NCBI GenBank assembly: GCA_963667145.1
Contig: OY762943.1
Location: 337,459-401,458, forward strand
Length of the DNA: 64,000 nucleotides
Direction: 5' to 3'
From: Candidatus Cloacimonadota bacterium
GTDB lineage: Bacteria; Cloacimonadota; Cloacimonadia; G963667145
Both the position numbers and the translations under genes were made by a program. Positions 1 to 11,196 of this stretch are shown piece by piece. The notes beneath the pieces are model-generated. The model made no database searches, was not told the origin of the DNA, and saw nothing but the letters and a program-made list of their open reading frames with translations. Position 1 is the first letter of the stretch; each line of letters starts with the position of its first letter.

Positions 1-201
1 TTGCAAAACAGCATTCAAACTATAGGGAAGACCTGACATCTTCTTCGCTTGCTCATATATCTCCAAATATTGACTAAAAAGAGCTTTATTTAACTGCAAA
101 GAGATAGAGTTAGAGACATCAATATCTATGGTGGCAACGAATCGACCACGATTTATACGTGATTTTGCCAATTGAACTAGCTTTGCTTCCAAAGAAGCCA
201 T
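1..201 (-). CDS. partial hypothetical CDS (5' part, continues beyond window start); ATG at 201..199
   Basis: The minus-strand frame opens with ATG at 201-199 and reads MASLEAKLVQLAKSRINRGRF... to the window edge. No recognisable family. Confidence 0.25.
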   Translation of the reverse strand, partial: MASLEAKLVQLAKSRINRGRFVATIDIDVSNSISLQLNKALFSQYLEIYEQAKKMSGLPYSLNAVLQ

Positions 202-589
202 AAATGCTGGCAATTTCACGATAATATCCAAATTGCGTGAATTGACGCTCTTTAGAGAAATAGAACCCCTAATTTCGCCTATTTCGAAGTTCCCTGCTGC
301 AAATCCTGTCATACTTTTCATTAAATCATTCCCTTTGATTAGCAATCATCCTATCTCGCTGGAAGGAAAGAGGATGCTACCCATACTTTCAAGTTTACAT
401 AATGTACATTATCAGAGATTGACTATGTGTTTGCAAACTTTCGCTTAACTTAATTTTGAGATACTCTTGGTCAAGCGTTTTTTGTTTATTACAAAGTTGG
501 GTACTTTTACTACAACTATCCAGTTTATTCAAAATTTTCATTGACACAAAAAACCAAAATTTATTTATTCTGTATAAGTGATTAATTTT

Positions 590-690
590 CAGGGTTAGGT
601 GAAATTCCTTACCGGCGGTAAAGCCCGCGAGCGAAAGCTGATTTGGTGTAATTCCAAAGCCGACAGTAAAGTCTGGATGAAAGAAAATTA
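590..690 (+). promoter_or_regulatory. FMN riboswitch (RFN element) leader of the rib operon
   Basis: Conserved RFN core strings read directly: AGGGTTAGGTGAAATTCCTTACCGGCGGTAAAGCCCGCGAGCG ... CCAAAGCCGACAGTAAAGTCTGGATGAAAGA. It sits immediately upstream of ribD. Confidence 0.85.
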
Positions 691-704
691 GTAAGAATAA
701 TTTT

Positions 705-742
705 AAACTCCCTGTAAATTTATTTGCAGGGAGTTTTTTATT
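705..742 (+). terminator. intrinsic terminator hairpin (riboswitch expression platform)
   Basis: AAACTCCCTG-(loop)-CAGGGAGTTT followed by a TTTTTT tract, 12 nt before the ribD RBS (AGGAAA) and ATG. Confidence 0.7.
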
Positions 743-754
743 TGTAGGAAATTT

Positions 755-1867
755 ATGAACGATATCTTTTACATGAAAAAGGCTTTAGCCTTTGCCAAAA
801 AAGGCAAAGGAAAGGTTGAACCGAACCCCATGGTGGGAGCGATAATCGTTAAAAATGGCGAAATCATTTCCGAGGGTTGGCATCAAAAATACGGTCTTGC
901 TCATGCGGAGGTAAACGCTATAAACAAAGCCTCACAGAATTTGGAAAATTCCACCATGTATGTGAATTTGGAGCCCTGCTCTCACTATGGGAAAACTCCG
1001 CCGTGTGCAGATTTAATCATTCAAAACAAAATAAAAAAAGTTGTAATCGCCATGGTTGACCCAAACGAAAAAGTGAGTGGAAAAGGAATTGCAAAATTAG
1101 AAAATGCTGGAATTGGAGTAGTTTGCGGAGTTTTAGAGAAAGAAGCCAAACAACTAAACGAGGTTTTTATAAAAAACATCACTAAGAATCTGCCCTTTGT
1201 TACACTAAAATCAGCGATGAGTTTGGACGGGAAAATTGCCTGTGAGAATGGAAATTCCCAATGGATTTCTAACGAAAAATCAAGAGCTTATGTTCATAAA
1301 TTAAGAAATGAAAACTCTGCAATAATGGTGGGGATAAATACCGTTCTCAGCGATGACCCAAGCCTTACTTGCCGAATAAAAAACGGCAGAAATCCCATTA
1401 GAGTTGTCGTAGATAGCTTGGGAAAAATTCCCTTGGAAAGCAAAATCGTGAAGACTGCCAACGAAATAAAAACTATTTTGGCATGCTGTGATGGAATTGA
1501 AACGAAAAAAGAAAAAATCTTACAAGAAAATGGCTTGATTATAGTAAAAACTTCCCGAAAAAATGGAAAAGTAGATTTGAAAGTTTTGCTACAAAAATTG
1601 TACGAAATGGGTATTTACAGCATTTTAATGGAAGGTGGAGCGACTTTGAGCCATTCCCTATTAAAAGAAAATCTCATCGACAAATTTTTGTTTTTTGTCT
1701 GTCCGCTAATCATCGGAGGGCAAAACTCCCCCACTCCCATTACAGGTGAAAGTGCTATTGATATTCCCTATGCTTACAAACTTGAGAACCTTTCCTACAA
1801 AAAATTTGCTGACGATTTACTTATTACAGCTTATCCAAAAGGATGCGAAAAATGTTCACCGGAATAG
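755..1867 (+). CDS. ribD: bifunctional diaminohydroxyphosphoribosylaminopyrimidine deaminase / 5-amino-6-(5-phosphoribosylamino)uracil reductase
   Basis: N-terminal CMP/dCMP-type deaminase motif (HAEVNAI, PCxxC) and a C-terminal RibD reductase domain. First gene after the FMN riboswitch. Confidence 0.9.
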   Translation: MNDIFYMKKALAFAKKGKGKVEPNPMVGAIIVKNGEIISEGWHQKYGLAHAEVNAINKASQNLENSTMYVNLEPCSHYGKTPPCADLIIQNKIKKVVIAMVDPNEKVSGKGIAKLENAGIGVVCGVLEKEAKQLNEVFIKNITKNLPFVTLKSAMSLDGKIACENGNSQWISNEKSRAYVHKLRNENSAIMVGINTVLSDDPSLTCRIKNGRNPIRVVVDSLGKIPLESKIVKTANEIKTILACCDGIETKKEKILQENGLIIVKTSRKNGKVDLKVLLQKLYEMGIYSILMEGGATLSHSLLKENLIDKFLFFVCPLIIGGQNSPTPITGESAIDIPYAYKLENLSYKKFADDLLITAYPKGCEKCSPE

Positions 1868-2487
1868 TCGAAGAAATCGGGATTATAAAAAGCCTTTCGT
1901 TAATTTCTAACGAAATTTGTGTCTCTTGCCAAAAAGTTTTGGAAGATATTAAACTTGGCGATAGCATTGCCGTGAACGGAATTTGTCTTAGTGTGAGATA
2001 CTTTGAAAAAAGCTACTTCATAGCTGATGTGATGCCAGAAACTTTCCAAAAGACCAATCTATCAAGCATGAATACAAAAGACAAAGTGAATTTGGAACGA
2101 GCTTTGGGCGTTTCCGACAGATTTAACGGGCACATTGTCAGCGGTCATATCGACGGCACAGGAACTTTGCTTTCCAAAAAAGAGGAAAAGAACGCTGTTT
2201 GGCTAAGCATTAAAGCCGATAAAGAAATTTTGAAATACGTCGTTTTCAAAGGCTCAGTAGCGTTGGACGGAGTGAGCCTGACTATTGCTTATGTTGATGA
2301 TGATATTTTTAAAGTCAGCTTAATTCCGATAACTTACCGAGAAACAATTTTTCAAAATAAAAAAATAAACGATAAAATCAATGTGGAGTGCGATATTTTG
2401 GGGAAATATGTGGAGAAATTGCTCTCCGAAAACAAAAATGCTAACTCCATAAACGAAAGTTTTTTAAACAAAAACGGATTTTTATAG
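1843..2487 (+). CDS. ribE: riboflavin synthase alpha subunit
   Basis: [10 protein letters not shown] start and internally duplicated lumazine-binding halves. Overlaps the ribD end. Confidence 0.9.
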   Translation: MRKMFTGIVEEIGIIKSLSLISNEICVSCQKVLEDIKLGDSIAVNGICLSVRYFEKSYFIADVMPETFQKTNLSSMNTKDKVNLERALGVSDRFNGHIVSGHIDGTGTLLSKKEEKNAVWLSIKADKEILKYVVFKGSVALDGVSLTIAYVDDDIFKVSLIPITYRETIFQNKKINDKINVECDILGKYVEKLLSENKNANSINESFLNKNGFL

Positions 2488-2510
2488 AAATCTTTAATGA
2501 GGATAAAATT

Positions 2511-3704
2511 ATGTTGAAATTTAATACGATTGATGAGGCGATAAACGACCTAAAAATCGGCAAAATGATAGTTGTGATTGATGATGAAGACAGAGAAAAC
2601 GAAGGCGATTTAATTGTTTCGGCTGAAAAAATCACTCCTGAGCATATCAATTTTATGGCAAGTTATGCCAAAGGTTTGATTTGTGCTCCTGTTTCCTACA
2701 AAATAGCTTTTAAACTGAATTTGAATCATATGGTAGAGAATAATCAAGATAGTTTTAAAACAGCTTTCACCATTTCTATAGACTATAAAGATTCCACTAC
2801 TGGAATTTCGGCTTTCGAAAGGGCAAAAACTATTCAAATGTTGGCTGACGAAAATGCTCAAGCAAGCGATTTTGTTCGACCCGGGCATATCTTTCCGCTT
2901 ATCGCTAGAAAAGAAGGAGTGCTGAAAAGAGCCGGCCACACCGAAGCTGCCGTTGATTTAATGGAACTTGCTCAGCTCACTCCAGCCGCTGCTATTTGCG
3001 AGGTCATGAAAGATGACGGACATATGGCAAGAACTTTGGAATTGTTGGATTTTGCCCAAAAACACGATTTGAAAATTATTACAATCGCCGATTTGATAAA
3101 ATACCGAATGGAAAGAGAGAATAATATCGTAAAGGAAGCTGAAGCTATTCTACCCACAAAATTCGGTGATTTTAAAATTATCGGTTTTGAAAACAAAGTC
3201 AGCAAAGAGCATCATTTGGCTTTGGTGAAAGGAAATATCGAAAATGATAAAGAAATTTTGGTGCGAGTTCATTCCGAATGCCTGACTGGCGACACTTTCG
3301 CCTCACTAAGATGCGACTGCCAAGATCAACTGCAAACCGCCATGAAGATGATAGACCAAGCAGGAACGGGCGTCGTTTTGTATTTACGCCAAGAAGGACG
3401 AGGCATTGGCATAATTAACAAAATAAAGGCTTACTCGTTGCAAGACAAAGGGATGGACACTGTGGAAGCCAACATCAAGCTCGGCTTTCCAGCAGATTTG
3501 AGAGATTACGGAACAGGTGCACAAATCCTATCCAAATTGGGCTTGAAAAGAATAAAATTGCTTACCAATAATCCCCAAAAAGTTATCGGCTTGAGTGGTT
3601 ATGGAATAGAAATTGTGGAAAGCGTTCCCCTCAAAATTCCTGAAAATCCTCTTAATTCCAAATATTTACAAACCAAAAAAGAAAAAATGGGACATCTTTT
3701 ATAA
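2511..3704 (+). CDS. ribBA: bifunctional 3,4-dihydroxy-2-butanone-4-phosphate synthase / GTP cyclohydrolase II
   Basis: DHBP synthase N-terminal half ([11 protein letters not shown]) and GTP cyclohydrolase II C-terminal half (CxCxxQ zinc motif ...CDCQDQL...). Confidence 0.9.
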   Translation: MLKFNTIDEAINDLKIGKMIVVIDDEDRENEGDLIVSAEKITPEHINFMASYAKGLICAPVSYKIAFKLNLNHMVENNQDSFKTAFTISIDYKDSTTGISAFERAKTIQMLADENAQASDFVRPGHIFPLIARKEGVLKRAGHTEAAVDLMELAQLTPAAAICEVMKDDGHMARTLELLDFAQKHDLKIITIADLIKYRMERENNIVKEAEAILPTKFGDFKIIGFENKVSKEHHLALVKGNIENDKEILVRVHSECLTGDTFASLRCDCQDQLQTAMKMIDQAGTGVVLYLRQEGRGIGIINKIKAYSLQDKGMDTVEANIKLGFPADLRDYGTGAQILSKLGLKRIKLLTNNPQKVIGLSGYGIEIVESVPLKIPENPLNSKYLQTKKEKMGHLL

Positions 3705-3716
3705 AAAGGAGAAAAA

Positions 3717-4184
3717 ATGAATAACATCAAAATAAACGAAGGCTTTCTCAATGCGGAAAATTTTACTTTCGCCATTGTTTTGAGCAGATTTAACGAATTT
3801 ATCGGTAACAAACTTCTCGGTGGAGCAATCGACGCACTTGTTCGTCACGAGGCTAAAAAAGAAAATATTCAAGTATTTTGGGTTCCGGGAGCTTACGAAA
3901 TTCCTCTTGTTGCCAAAAAAGCAGCCAGCAAATTTGACGCTGTGATTTGTTTGGGAGCTGTTATTAGGGGAGCAACTCCGCATTTTGATTATGTGTCAGC
4001 CGAAGTGAGCAAAGGCATTGCCAAAGTTTCTTTGGATAGTGAAAAACCGATTATTTTCGGAGTTTTAACTGTCGATAATTTGGAACAAGCAATCGAACGA
4101 GCCGGCACAAAATCTGGGAACAAAGGCTTCGATGCTGCAATTTCCGCTATTGAAATGGTGAATTTGTTGAAAGGGATAGGTTAA
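3717..4184 (+). CDS. ribH: 6,7-dimethyl-8-ribityllumazine synthase
   Basis: 155 aa with a typical RibH sequence ([12 protein letters not shown]..., GAYEIP). Last gene of the rib operon. Confidence 0.9.
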   Translation: MNNIKINEGFLNAENFTFAIVLSRFNEFIGNKLLGGAIDALVRHEAKKENIQVFWVPGAYEIPLVAKKAASKFDAVICLGAVIRGATPHFDYVSAEVSKGIAKVSLDSEKPIIFGVLTVDNLEQAIERAGTKSGNKGFDAAISAIEMVNLLKGIG

Positions 4185-5251
4185 TCCACATACACCCACT
4201 GAGCTCTTCTGCCTACTGCACACAAAATCTCATATCCAGAGCCGTTATAAAGATTTGCCACATTCTGTGGATACAGTTTGGGATGTTGCCAACCAAGCAA
4301 AGCGACTTCGTCGCCTACACAAGCATTAACATCGGTAATATCCACAGTTATCATATCCATAGAAACTTTGCCTATTACGGGACATAATTTGCCGTTAATC
4401 AGAGCGTTACCCTTGTTTTTTAGAAGATAATTGTATCCATCGGCATAACCTACTGGTATCACGGCGTAAGCCATATTTGACGTGGCTTTGTATGTTCTAT
4501 TGTAGCCAATTGTCTGACCAATTCCAGCGGTCTTTATCAAGGCAATTCTACTTTTGAAAGACAAAGCAGGAACTAAATCTATCTCATCAAAAAATCCGAT
4601 TTGTCCTCCAAAGCTCATCAATCCAATTCTTACCATATTGGTAACGGAGGACTTAGCGGAAAAAAGACCTCCGCTATTGGCAATGTGAACATATTTTGGC
4701 TTGAAAGATAATTTGGATAAAATATTTTCAAATTCTCTTAGTTGCTGATTTGTGTATTCAAAATCTTCTTCGGAAGCCGCCAAATGCGAATAAATTCCCT
4801 CAACTTCGATATTTGGGAGAGCACAAATCACTTCTAATTCCATCAAACTCCCGTCAAATCCACCTCTCCCCATTCCTGTTTCCAGGTTTATATGCACTTT
4901 CCCAGAAAATTTTTTGGCAAAATCCAAGGTGGAGACCGAAGGAATTAGGTTAAACTTTTTGAGAATTGGTATCTCGAAATCGAAGCAAGGTGACAAAACC
5001 AAAATTGGAACATCTGAAATGCCACTTTTGCGAAGCTCCACACCTTCCCCACAGTTCGCCACTCCAAAAAAAGAAGCTCCAACTTTCAGAGCCTCTTTGG
5101 CAATAGCAACAGAACCGTGCCCATAAGCGTTGGCTTTCACAATCTGCAAAATAGCGGTGCCTTTGGGCAAAAATTTCTTTAGCTTCTCTATATTTTGGCG
5201 ATAATTAGTGAGATTCACCTCTACCCAACTGCGACATTGAGGAATACTCAT
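4181..5251 (-). CDS. alr: alanine racemase
   Basis: PLP-binding motif VKANAYGHG near the N-terminus and a 356-aa fold-type III racemase layout. Convergent 4-nt overlap with ribH. Confidence 0.85.
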   Translation of the reverse strand: MSIPQCRSWVEVNLTNYRQNIEKLKKFLPKGTAILQIVKANAYGHGSVAIAKEALKVGASFFGVANCGEGVELRKSGISDVPILVLSPCFDFEIPILKKFNLIPSVSTLDFAKKFSGKVHINLETGMGRGGFDGSLMELEVICALPNIEVEGIYSHLAASEEDFEYTNQQLREFENILSKLSFKPKYVHIANSGGLFSAKSSVTNMVRIGLMSFGGQIGFFDEIDLVPALSFKSRIALIKTAGIGQTIGYNRTYKATSNMAYAVIPVGYADGYNYLLKNKGNALINGKLCPVIGKVSMDMITVDITDVNACVGDEVALLGWQHPKLYPQNVANLYNGSGYEILCAVGRRAQWVYVD

Positions 5252-5273
5252 AATTTAGTCTTTTTTCTCCATC

Positions 5274-6596
5274 TTAAAAATCTCTTGCAGCTATATTAGC
5301 AAGTTCAGATCTTTCCCCTTTCACCAACGTCACATGCCCCACGGCTCTCTCTTCTTTCAATTTTTCCACAGCTACAGACAGTCCATTAGATTCCGAATCA
5401 AGATAAGGCACGTCAATTTGATAGGGGTCTCCCGTGAAAATTATTTTGGTTTTTTCACCAGCTCGAGTAATAATCGTTTTAATCTCATGTGCAGTCAAAT
5501 TTTGAGCTTCATCAACTATCAAGTATTGATTGGTAAGGCTTCGCCCTCTAATGTACGTGAGCGGTTCCAGTTCCAAAAGCCCAAAATCGATATAATCATC
5601 AATTCGCTTCTGCTTCTTGTTGGACTCTTCCGTATCCTCAATGATTTTTTCCATATTGTCATAGATGGGCTGCATCCACGGATTGAATTTGTCCTTTTTT
5701 GAACCGGGTAAAAATCCTATATCTTTTCCCATGGGAAAAATCGGGCGAGAGACAACCATCTTTTTGTACAAGCCTTTTTGCACCACTTGCTCCATACCAG
5801 CTGCCAATGCCAAAAAAGTTTTGCCTGTTCCTGCGGTTCCCAAAAGGGTTACCAACTTTACTTCTGGGTCCAATAGCAAATCCATCGCCAATCTTTGTTC
5901 TGTATTGCGAGGAACTATGCCAAATATAGATTCACTGCCTTTATAGAAATTTAGTGGGTAAAAAAGCTTGCTTTCCGCACTGTATCGAGCCAAAGACTTG
6001 CGACCTTCAGTCCTGAAAATTGCAAATTCGTTGGGCTTCACATCATCTTTTTTGGAAGGTTCAAAATAGTTGTTCTTGCTGTACTCCTTGTGTTTCTGTT
6101 CGCTCAAAGCAATCTCTCTAACACCAGTATAGATTTCGTCAAATTTTACCTGGTCGTTCTTGAAATTTTGAGCCTCCAGTCCCAAAGCATCAGCCTTAAT
6201 GCGGACATTCACATCCTTGGAAACCAAAATAACTCTATTGTTGGGATTTTTTTCTTTAAAATGAAGTGCCGTACAAATAATTAAATTGTCGTTTTTTTGC
6301 TCCAACAATAACTCATTCAGTTTTTGAGAAATCGCACTGGATAGTCCGACAAAGAGCTTTCCACCCGACTTGATAGGAACGCCTTTTCTGAAATCGGAAT
6401 CCGATTTTTCACGAAGCCTATCCATAATTCGCCCGAACTCTCTGGCATTACGACTTTTTTCATCCAAACCGTTTTTAAATTTGTCTATTTCCTCCAAAAC
6501 CGTAATAGGTATGACCACTGTGGAATCTTTAAACGCAAAAATCGAGTTGGGGTTATGAATAATCACGTTGGTATCCAAAACAAAAATCTTTTCCAT
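5274..6596 (-). CDS. PhoH-like ATPase with N-terminal PIN domain (PhoH2/YlaK type)
   Basis: N-terminal PIN-like region (MEKIFVLDTNVIIHNP), Walker A GTAGTGKT and a PhoH C-terminal region. Confidence 0.8.
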   Translation of the reverse strand: MEKIFVLDTNVIIHNPNSIFAFKDSTVVIPITVLEEIDKFKNGLDEKSRNAREFGRIMDRLREKSDSDFRKGVPIKSGGKLFVGLSSAISQKLNELLLEQKNDNLIICTALHFKEKNPNNRVILVSKDVNVRIKADALGLEAQNFKNDQVKFDEIYTGVREIALSEQKHKEYSKNNYFEPSKKDDVKPNEFAIFRTEGRKSLARYSAESKLFYPLNFYKGSESIFGIVPRNTEQRLAMDLLLDPEVKLVTLLGTAGTGKTFLALAAGMEQVVQKGLYKKMVVSRPIFPMGKDIGFLPGSKKDKFNPWMQPIYDNMEKIIEDTEESNKKQKRIDDYIDFGLLELEPLTYIRGRSLTNQYLIVDEAQNLTAHEIKTIITRAGEKTKIIFTGDPYQIDVPYLDSESNGLSVAVEKLKEERAVGHVTLVKGERSELANIAARDF

Positions 6597-6615
6597 TTTT
6601 CCTCCAATTTTTAAA

Positions 6616-9057
6616 TCAGAAATCTAAAAGCTCCTGCTCAAAAGCATCGTCTAAATAAAGAGGGTCTTCTTGAATAAGCGAATCAATCGTATCGATGTCT
6701 TTTTCTCTATAACTCTGCACCAACAAGCTGTCCAGCAAGTTATCCATCAATTCGTCGTCCTGATTTGCTTGTTTGACAATCTCTAATTGTTTTTTATCTT
6801 CAACATATTTTCTGTCTCGAATAATAGCTGCATCATCGTAACTCGGAGCTTTGGGCAATTTGAATTTTTCCAAAACAAAAAAATTAGGATTAAGGCTGTC
6901 AGGATAAACCTTAACAAAACCTTTGTTTTTAGCAGATTCCCAATCGTACGGTTCTCCACCAAAATCGATAATCAGCTTGTTTTTTTCGTTATTCCGATAG
7001 CATGTGGGAGCAAAATTGTATCGATGCGGATAAGATATTGTTGGTTGAGTTCCCTCTATAAAATATTCGAGCATCACGGACTCGCCAGAACTCCGAGGCA
7101 AAAGACCAGTAACTCTGGAAATTTTTTTGGTTACTATTCCTTCTGGCATCTCAAATTCCATTTTTTTGCTGCTAATTTGATTTTTTTCGTTTCGGAATTC
7201 TTTGTTATTCCGCACAGCTTTTATCATGATTTTTGTCCAGATAGGCAAAGCAACATTAGAACCTGCCTGTCCATCACCAATGGTACTAAAATCATCAAAT
7301 CCAACCCAAACTCCAGTTACCAAGCCCTTGTTAAATCCAACAAACCATGCATCCCTAAAATCGCTGCTAGTTCCAGTCTTTCCCCCAGCAGGCCATCTGT
7401 ACCCCATCCACAATGCCCGCACACCTGTCCCCTCTTTTATCACCGATTGCAACATGCTGTTCATCAAAAAAGCTTCCTGTTCGCTCAAAACTTCCGCTTC
7501 TATGGTTTCTTCCTCAAACAAAATTTTTCCCTGCGAATCTTCAATTTTGGTGATAAATATTGGTTCAACTCTCGTTCCCTTATTGGCAAAAGCCGTATAA
7601 GCACTAATAAGTTCATAGGGTTTCAATTCATGAGAACCAAGAGCCACGCTCTGAGAATACGTAAGTCGTCCTGTCAATCCAAACTTTCGCCCCATGTAAA
7701 CAATCTTTCGCGGAGTTATGTCGTAACACATTTTAACTGTGTAAATATTTTTGGACTCCTTCAATGCCTCTCTCATTCGCAAATAACTGTAATTTTTTCT
7801 AGAATAATTCACAGGCTCCCAAAAAACCGTATCGTGCTCCACAAATTCCACGGGTTCATCTTGAATTACGGTTGCAGGCGTATATCCCGCACGCAATGCA
7901 GCCGAATAAACTATCGGCTTAAACGAAGAACCAGGCTGCCGTTTTGCCTGCATAATTCTATTAAATTTGCTGTGAGAAAAATTGCGTCCACCAGTCAGCA
8001 CTCTCACATATCCTGTTCGAGGCTCCATACTCAGTATCCCAACTTGCAAATAATCGGTGTTAAAGTCAGTTGTATCAGTCGGATAATCGCTATACTTCTT
8101 TTCGTATTCGTTCCGATTTTCCACTTTTGCCAACTCAATATTCGCAATCGAATCGGCATAATTTTGCAAATCCAAATCCATCGGAGTGTATATTTTTAAC
8201 CCACTGCCAAAAATTTGGTCAACCGAATAATTTTTCAACAGCTCTCTTTTCACGTAGTCTATATAATAATCTATAGAATTGCTTTTTTTACTATGCGATG
8301 CAAATTGCAACAATCTGTATTTTAATTTTTTATATTCCCTTTCATTGATGACATTTTCGGCAAGCATTCTGCGTAAAACAAGGTTTCGTCTCTCTATCGA
8401 AGCGAAAGGATGTCTGTAAGGAGAATATCCCTCGGGGGCTTTCAAAAGCCCAACCATGAAAGCAGATTCCAGCTTGGTAAGGTTACGAGCAGATTTTTTA
8501 AAATATCTTTGCGAGGCTGCCTCAATGCCAAATTGTCCTGCTCCGAGATATACTTTGTTCAGATAGAATTCCAAAATTTCACTTTTGGAAAAAGCACTTT
8601 CCAACTTCACTGCCAGCATCGCTTCCTTAATTTTTCTACCAAAAGACCTGTCTGATGAAAGAAACATATTTTTGGCTAATTGTTGGGTAATGGTGCTAGT
8701 TCCCGAAATTCTCTGTCGTCCCATCACCCCTAATATCAAAGCTCTAAAAATCCCCAATATATCCACTCCCCAATGGTCGTAAAACTTCTTATCTTCAACG
8801 GCACACAAAATATTAGATATATATTCGGGAATTTCATTGATAGGTAAATATTCTCTGGATTCATACGCAAAAGTATAGACAAGATTTCCGTCCTTATCAT
8901 AAACTTCGGAACCAGTTTTGAAATCAAAAGATTTGATAGCACTCAGGGGAGGTAATTGTGAATTGTAATAAGAAAAAATGCCGACAACAGAGCCAACTCC
9001 CAAAGAAAAAAATCCCAAAACAACAAAAAAATAGTTTCTTAGATATTTTCTTACCAT
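6616..9057 (-). CDS. class A penicillin-binding protein (bifunctional transglycosylase/transpeptidase, PBP1A-like)
   Basis: N-terminal TM segment, GT51 motifs (EDKKFYDHWGVD, QQLAKN), transpeptidase motifs (SSFKP, KTGT) and an acidic C-terminal extension. Confidence 0.85.
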   Translation of the reverse strand: MVRKYLRNYFFVVLGFFSLGVGSVVGIFSYYNSQLPPLSAIKSFDFKTGSEVYDKDGNLVYTFAYESREYLPINEIPEYISNILCAVEDKKFYDHWGVDILGIFRALILGVMGRQRISGTSTITQQLAKNMFLSSDRSFGRKIKEAMLAVKLESAFSKSEILEFYLNKVYLGAGQFGIEAASQRYFKKSARNLTKLESAFMVGLLKAPEGYSPYRHPFASIERRNLVLRRMLAENVINEREYKKLKYRLLQFASHSKKSNSIDYYIDYVKRELLKNYSVDQIFGSGLKIYTPMDLDLQNYADSIANIELAKVENRNEYEKKYSDYPTDTTDFNTDYLQVGILSMEPRTGYVRVLTGGRNFSHSKFNRIMQAKRQPGSSFKPIVYSAALRAGYTPATVIQDEPVEFVEHDTVFWEPVNYSRKNYSYLRMREALKESKNIYTVKMCYDITPRKIVYMGRKFGLTGRLTYSQSVALGSHELKPYELISAYTAFANKGTRVEPIFITKIEDSQGKILFEEETIEAEVLSEQEAFLMNSMLQSVIKEGTGVRALWMGYRWPAGGKTGTSSDFRDAWFVGFNKGLVTGVWVGFDDFSTIGDGQAGSNVALPIWTKIMIKAVRNNKEFRNEKNQISSKKMEFEMPEGIVTKKISRVTGLLPRSSGESVMLEYFIEGTQPTISYPHRYNFAPTCYRNNEKNKLIIDFGGEPYDWESAKNKGFVKVYPDSLNPNFFVLEKFKLPKAPSYDDAAIIRDRKYVEDKKQLEIVKQANQDDELMDNLLDSLLVQSYREKDIDTIDSLIQEDPLYLDDAFEQELLDF

Positions 9058-9554
9058 GCCAACTTCATCTCCAAGTTTTTTTCAACACAAAAGACAACAA
9101 TTCCCACAATGATACCAGAAATGATAGAAGTTAGAGAAAATGGCAAAAATAGATAAAACAAACTTTCGGATAGCATAACGGAAGCTAAATACAATTGCAC
9201 GAGGGAAGAAATGTACGCTCCAACAACGCTGATACCTACAACCCCAAAATTAGCGAAAAAGAATCGCAAACCAATCATAAAAAAGCAAGCTATGATAGTT
9301 CCTGAAAAAGAAAAAATAAATTGAAAAGAAAATAAAGTTCCCACAAGCAAATTTCCGCCTAAAACCTTGCCAACTGCCACGAGAATAGATGAGGAAAATT
9401 TATTTTTGATGATTAGATAAAGTACTGGAATGTTGGCGATTCCCAACCTAAAGAAAGGTAAAGGTTTGGGGATTAGCGATTCAAAGGCAAATCCACATAT
9501 AGCAAACCCGGTCAAGCAAGCCAAAATAGTTAAATCTCTCAGTTTAAAATTCAT
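9051..9554 (-). CDS. small polytopic membrane protein, possibly Gx-transporter family
   Basis: 167 aa, about 5 hydrophobic helices. Overall resemblance to Gx transporter / heptaprenyl-PP synthase component-I-like proteins. Overlaps the PBP1A start by 7 nt. Confidence 0.45.
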   Translation of the reverse strand: MNFKLRDLTILACLTGFAICGFAFESLIPKPLPFFRLGIANIPVLYLIIKNKFSSSILVAVGKVLGGNLLVGTLFSFQFIFSFSGTIIACFFMIGLRFFFANFGVVGISVVGAYISSLVQLYLASVMLSESLFYLFLPFSLTSIISGIIVGIVVFCVEKNLEMKLAW

Positions 9555-9563
9555 CGCATCCGC

Positions 9564-10283
9564 TTAAAGAAATTCGCCCTCGTAAACCTCTTTAACTGGA
9601 GGAAAATATTGCTTAGTATTTTTCATTATCTGCCTAGTTTTCACATAGACTCTTTTTCCTTCGGACATAAAGTAATACTTAATTTTATAGTTAGTCATCT
9701 TCAGTAAAATATCTGTGAAGTAGTTTTCGTTTGAGGCAGTTTCTTTAAATCTTTTATTGTTATAACAAGTTAGCCAAAAAATATGAAACTTTTTTAATTG
9801 TATATATGGTACATCACCAAAGTAATAGGTTTCATAATCTTCATCTTGTGCTATTTTTTGAAAATCTTCCGACTTTAACCATTTATTAGTCCAGCGTTCT
9901 GTTTTAGAATCATAAACAGGACCATAAACTCTGCTACCAACAACAAAATATAGCCAATTCATTGTATATAATGCGTATACACCTTTGGTACGTAATTCGT
10001 GTTTATCAAAAGTAAAAGTTTCGCTTTTGGGAAACTCCATATCATACAATCTTCCAACTTCTTTGTTATCAATCAAATTAAGAGGCTTATTTTTCATCAT
10101 TTTCCCATAAGCTTCTCCATATTTTTTGTCATCACTATCCAAAAAAATGTTAAAAGAATTGTAATCTTCTTTCACGCTCTCTTTAATAGTTTCTTGCTTC
10201 GAATCTTTTTTTGTGGTATTCACGCCAAAACAAAAAGTAAAAGAAAAAATCAAACAAATGAAAATTAAAAATCTAACTAACAT
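9564..10283 (-). CDS. hypothetical secreted protein
   Basis: N-terminal signal-peptide-like hydrophobic segment (MLVRFLIFICLIFSFTFCFG). No recognisable domain. Confidence 0.5.
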   Translation of the reverse strand: MLVRFLIFICLIFSFTFCFGVNTTKKDSKQETIKESVKEDYNSFNIFLDSDDKKYGEAYGKMMKNKPLNLIDNKEVGRLYDMEFPKSETFTFDKHELRTKGVYALYTMNWLYFVVGSRVYGPVYDSKTERWTNKWLKSEDFQKIAQDEDYETYYFGDVPYIQLKKFHIFWLTCYNNKRFKETASNENYFTDILLKMTNYKIKYYFMSEGKRVYVKTRQIMKNTKQYFPPVKEVYEGEFL

Positions 10284-10297
10284 AACTTTCTCCTGTT

Positions 10298-11137
10298 TTA
10301 ATTTAATTGGATATATTTCTGAGCACAGCCTTTGGCCATGTCGCGGATTGACTTGATAAAAGCTGTTCGCTGAGTTACCGAAATGGAACCCCGGGCATCG
10401 AGAAGATTAAACAGATGCGAACATTTCAGCAAACAATCGTATGCTGGATAAACCAAATCGCTCTCCAGCAAAACCAGAACCTGACTTTTATACTCTTCAA
10501 ATTGCTTGAACAAAATGGTAGGTTCGGAATGGTTAAAATTGAAATTTGTAAATTGTGCCTCCCTCTGATAAAATAATTCGCCGTAGGTGGTTTTGTCGTT
10601 CCAAGCAATATTCCGATAGTCGTCAACTTTTTGGATGTACATAGCAATTCTCTCTAAGCCATAAGTCAATTCAACACTAATCGGAGAAAGATTTATTCCT
10701 CCAACTTGCTGGAAATATGTGAATTGTGTTATCTCCATGCCGTCAAGCCAAACTTCCCATCCAAGTCCCCAGGCACCCAAAGTTGGAGATTCCCAATCGT
10801 CCTCGATAAATCGAATATCGTGCTTGGATGTATCAATCCCAATGTGTTGCAAACTCTTGATATACAAGTCCTGAATATCATCGGGAGAAGGTTTGATAAT
10901 AACTTGATACTGATAATAATGTTGCAAGCGATTAGGATTTTCGCCGTAGCGACCATCTTTCGGTCTGCGACACGGCTGAACGTAGGCAACAGAAGTGGGT
11001 TTATCGGACAGAGCACCGAAAAAAGTTGCGGGATGAAAAGTTCCTGCACCAACTTGCTCGTCATAAGGTTGCAAAATATTACATCCGCAATCTGCCCAAA
11101 AATTGTTAAGATTTTTAATCATATCTTGAAAATTCAT
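10298..11137 (-). CDS. glyQ: glycine--tRNA ligase alpha subunit
   Basis: Highly conserved GlyQ sequence ([14 protein letters not shown]..., [10 protein letters not shown]). No glyS adjacent. Confidence 0.9.
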   Translation of the reverse strand: MNFQDMIKNLNNFWADCGCNILQPYDEQVGAGTFHPATFFGALSDKPTSVAYVQPCRRPKDGRYGENPNRLQHYYQYQVIIKPSPDDIQDLYIKSLQHIGIDTSKHDIRFIEDDWESPTLGAWGLGWEVWLDGMEITQFTYFQQVGGINLSPISVELTYGLERIAMYIQKVDDYRNIAWNDKTTYGELFYQREAQFTNFNFNHSEPTILFKQFEEYKSQVLVLLESDLVYPAYDCLLKCSHLFNLLDARGSISVTQRTAFIKSIRDMAKGCAQKYIQLN

Positions 11138-11196
11138 AGTTAGTTAACTCTCCCAAAATGCAATAGTTAATTTTAGTCAATTAGCAAAAAAAAATT

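Noticed and set aside
233-448. 71-aa ORF upstream of the riboswitch
   Set aside because: No RBS, odd composition, and it lies in the region expected to hold the rib promoter.
6787-8199. 470-aa plus-strand ORF antisense to PBP1A
   Set aside because: It lies completely within the well-supported minus-strand PBP1A gene and has low-complexity, Phe/Ser/Ile-rich composition typical of a shadow ORF in AT-rich DNA.
11138-11196. T-box leader upstream of glyQ or proS
   Set aside because: The intergenic spaces are under 60 nt, too short for a T-box. No specifier or T-box sequence was seen.
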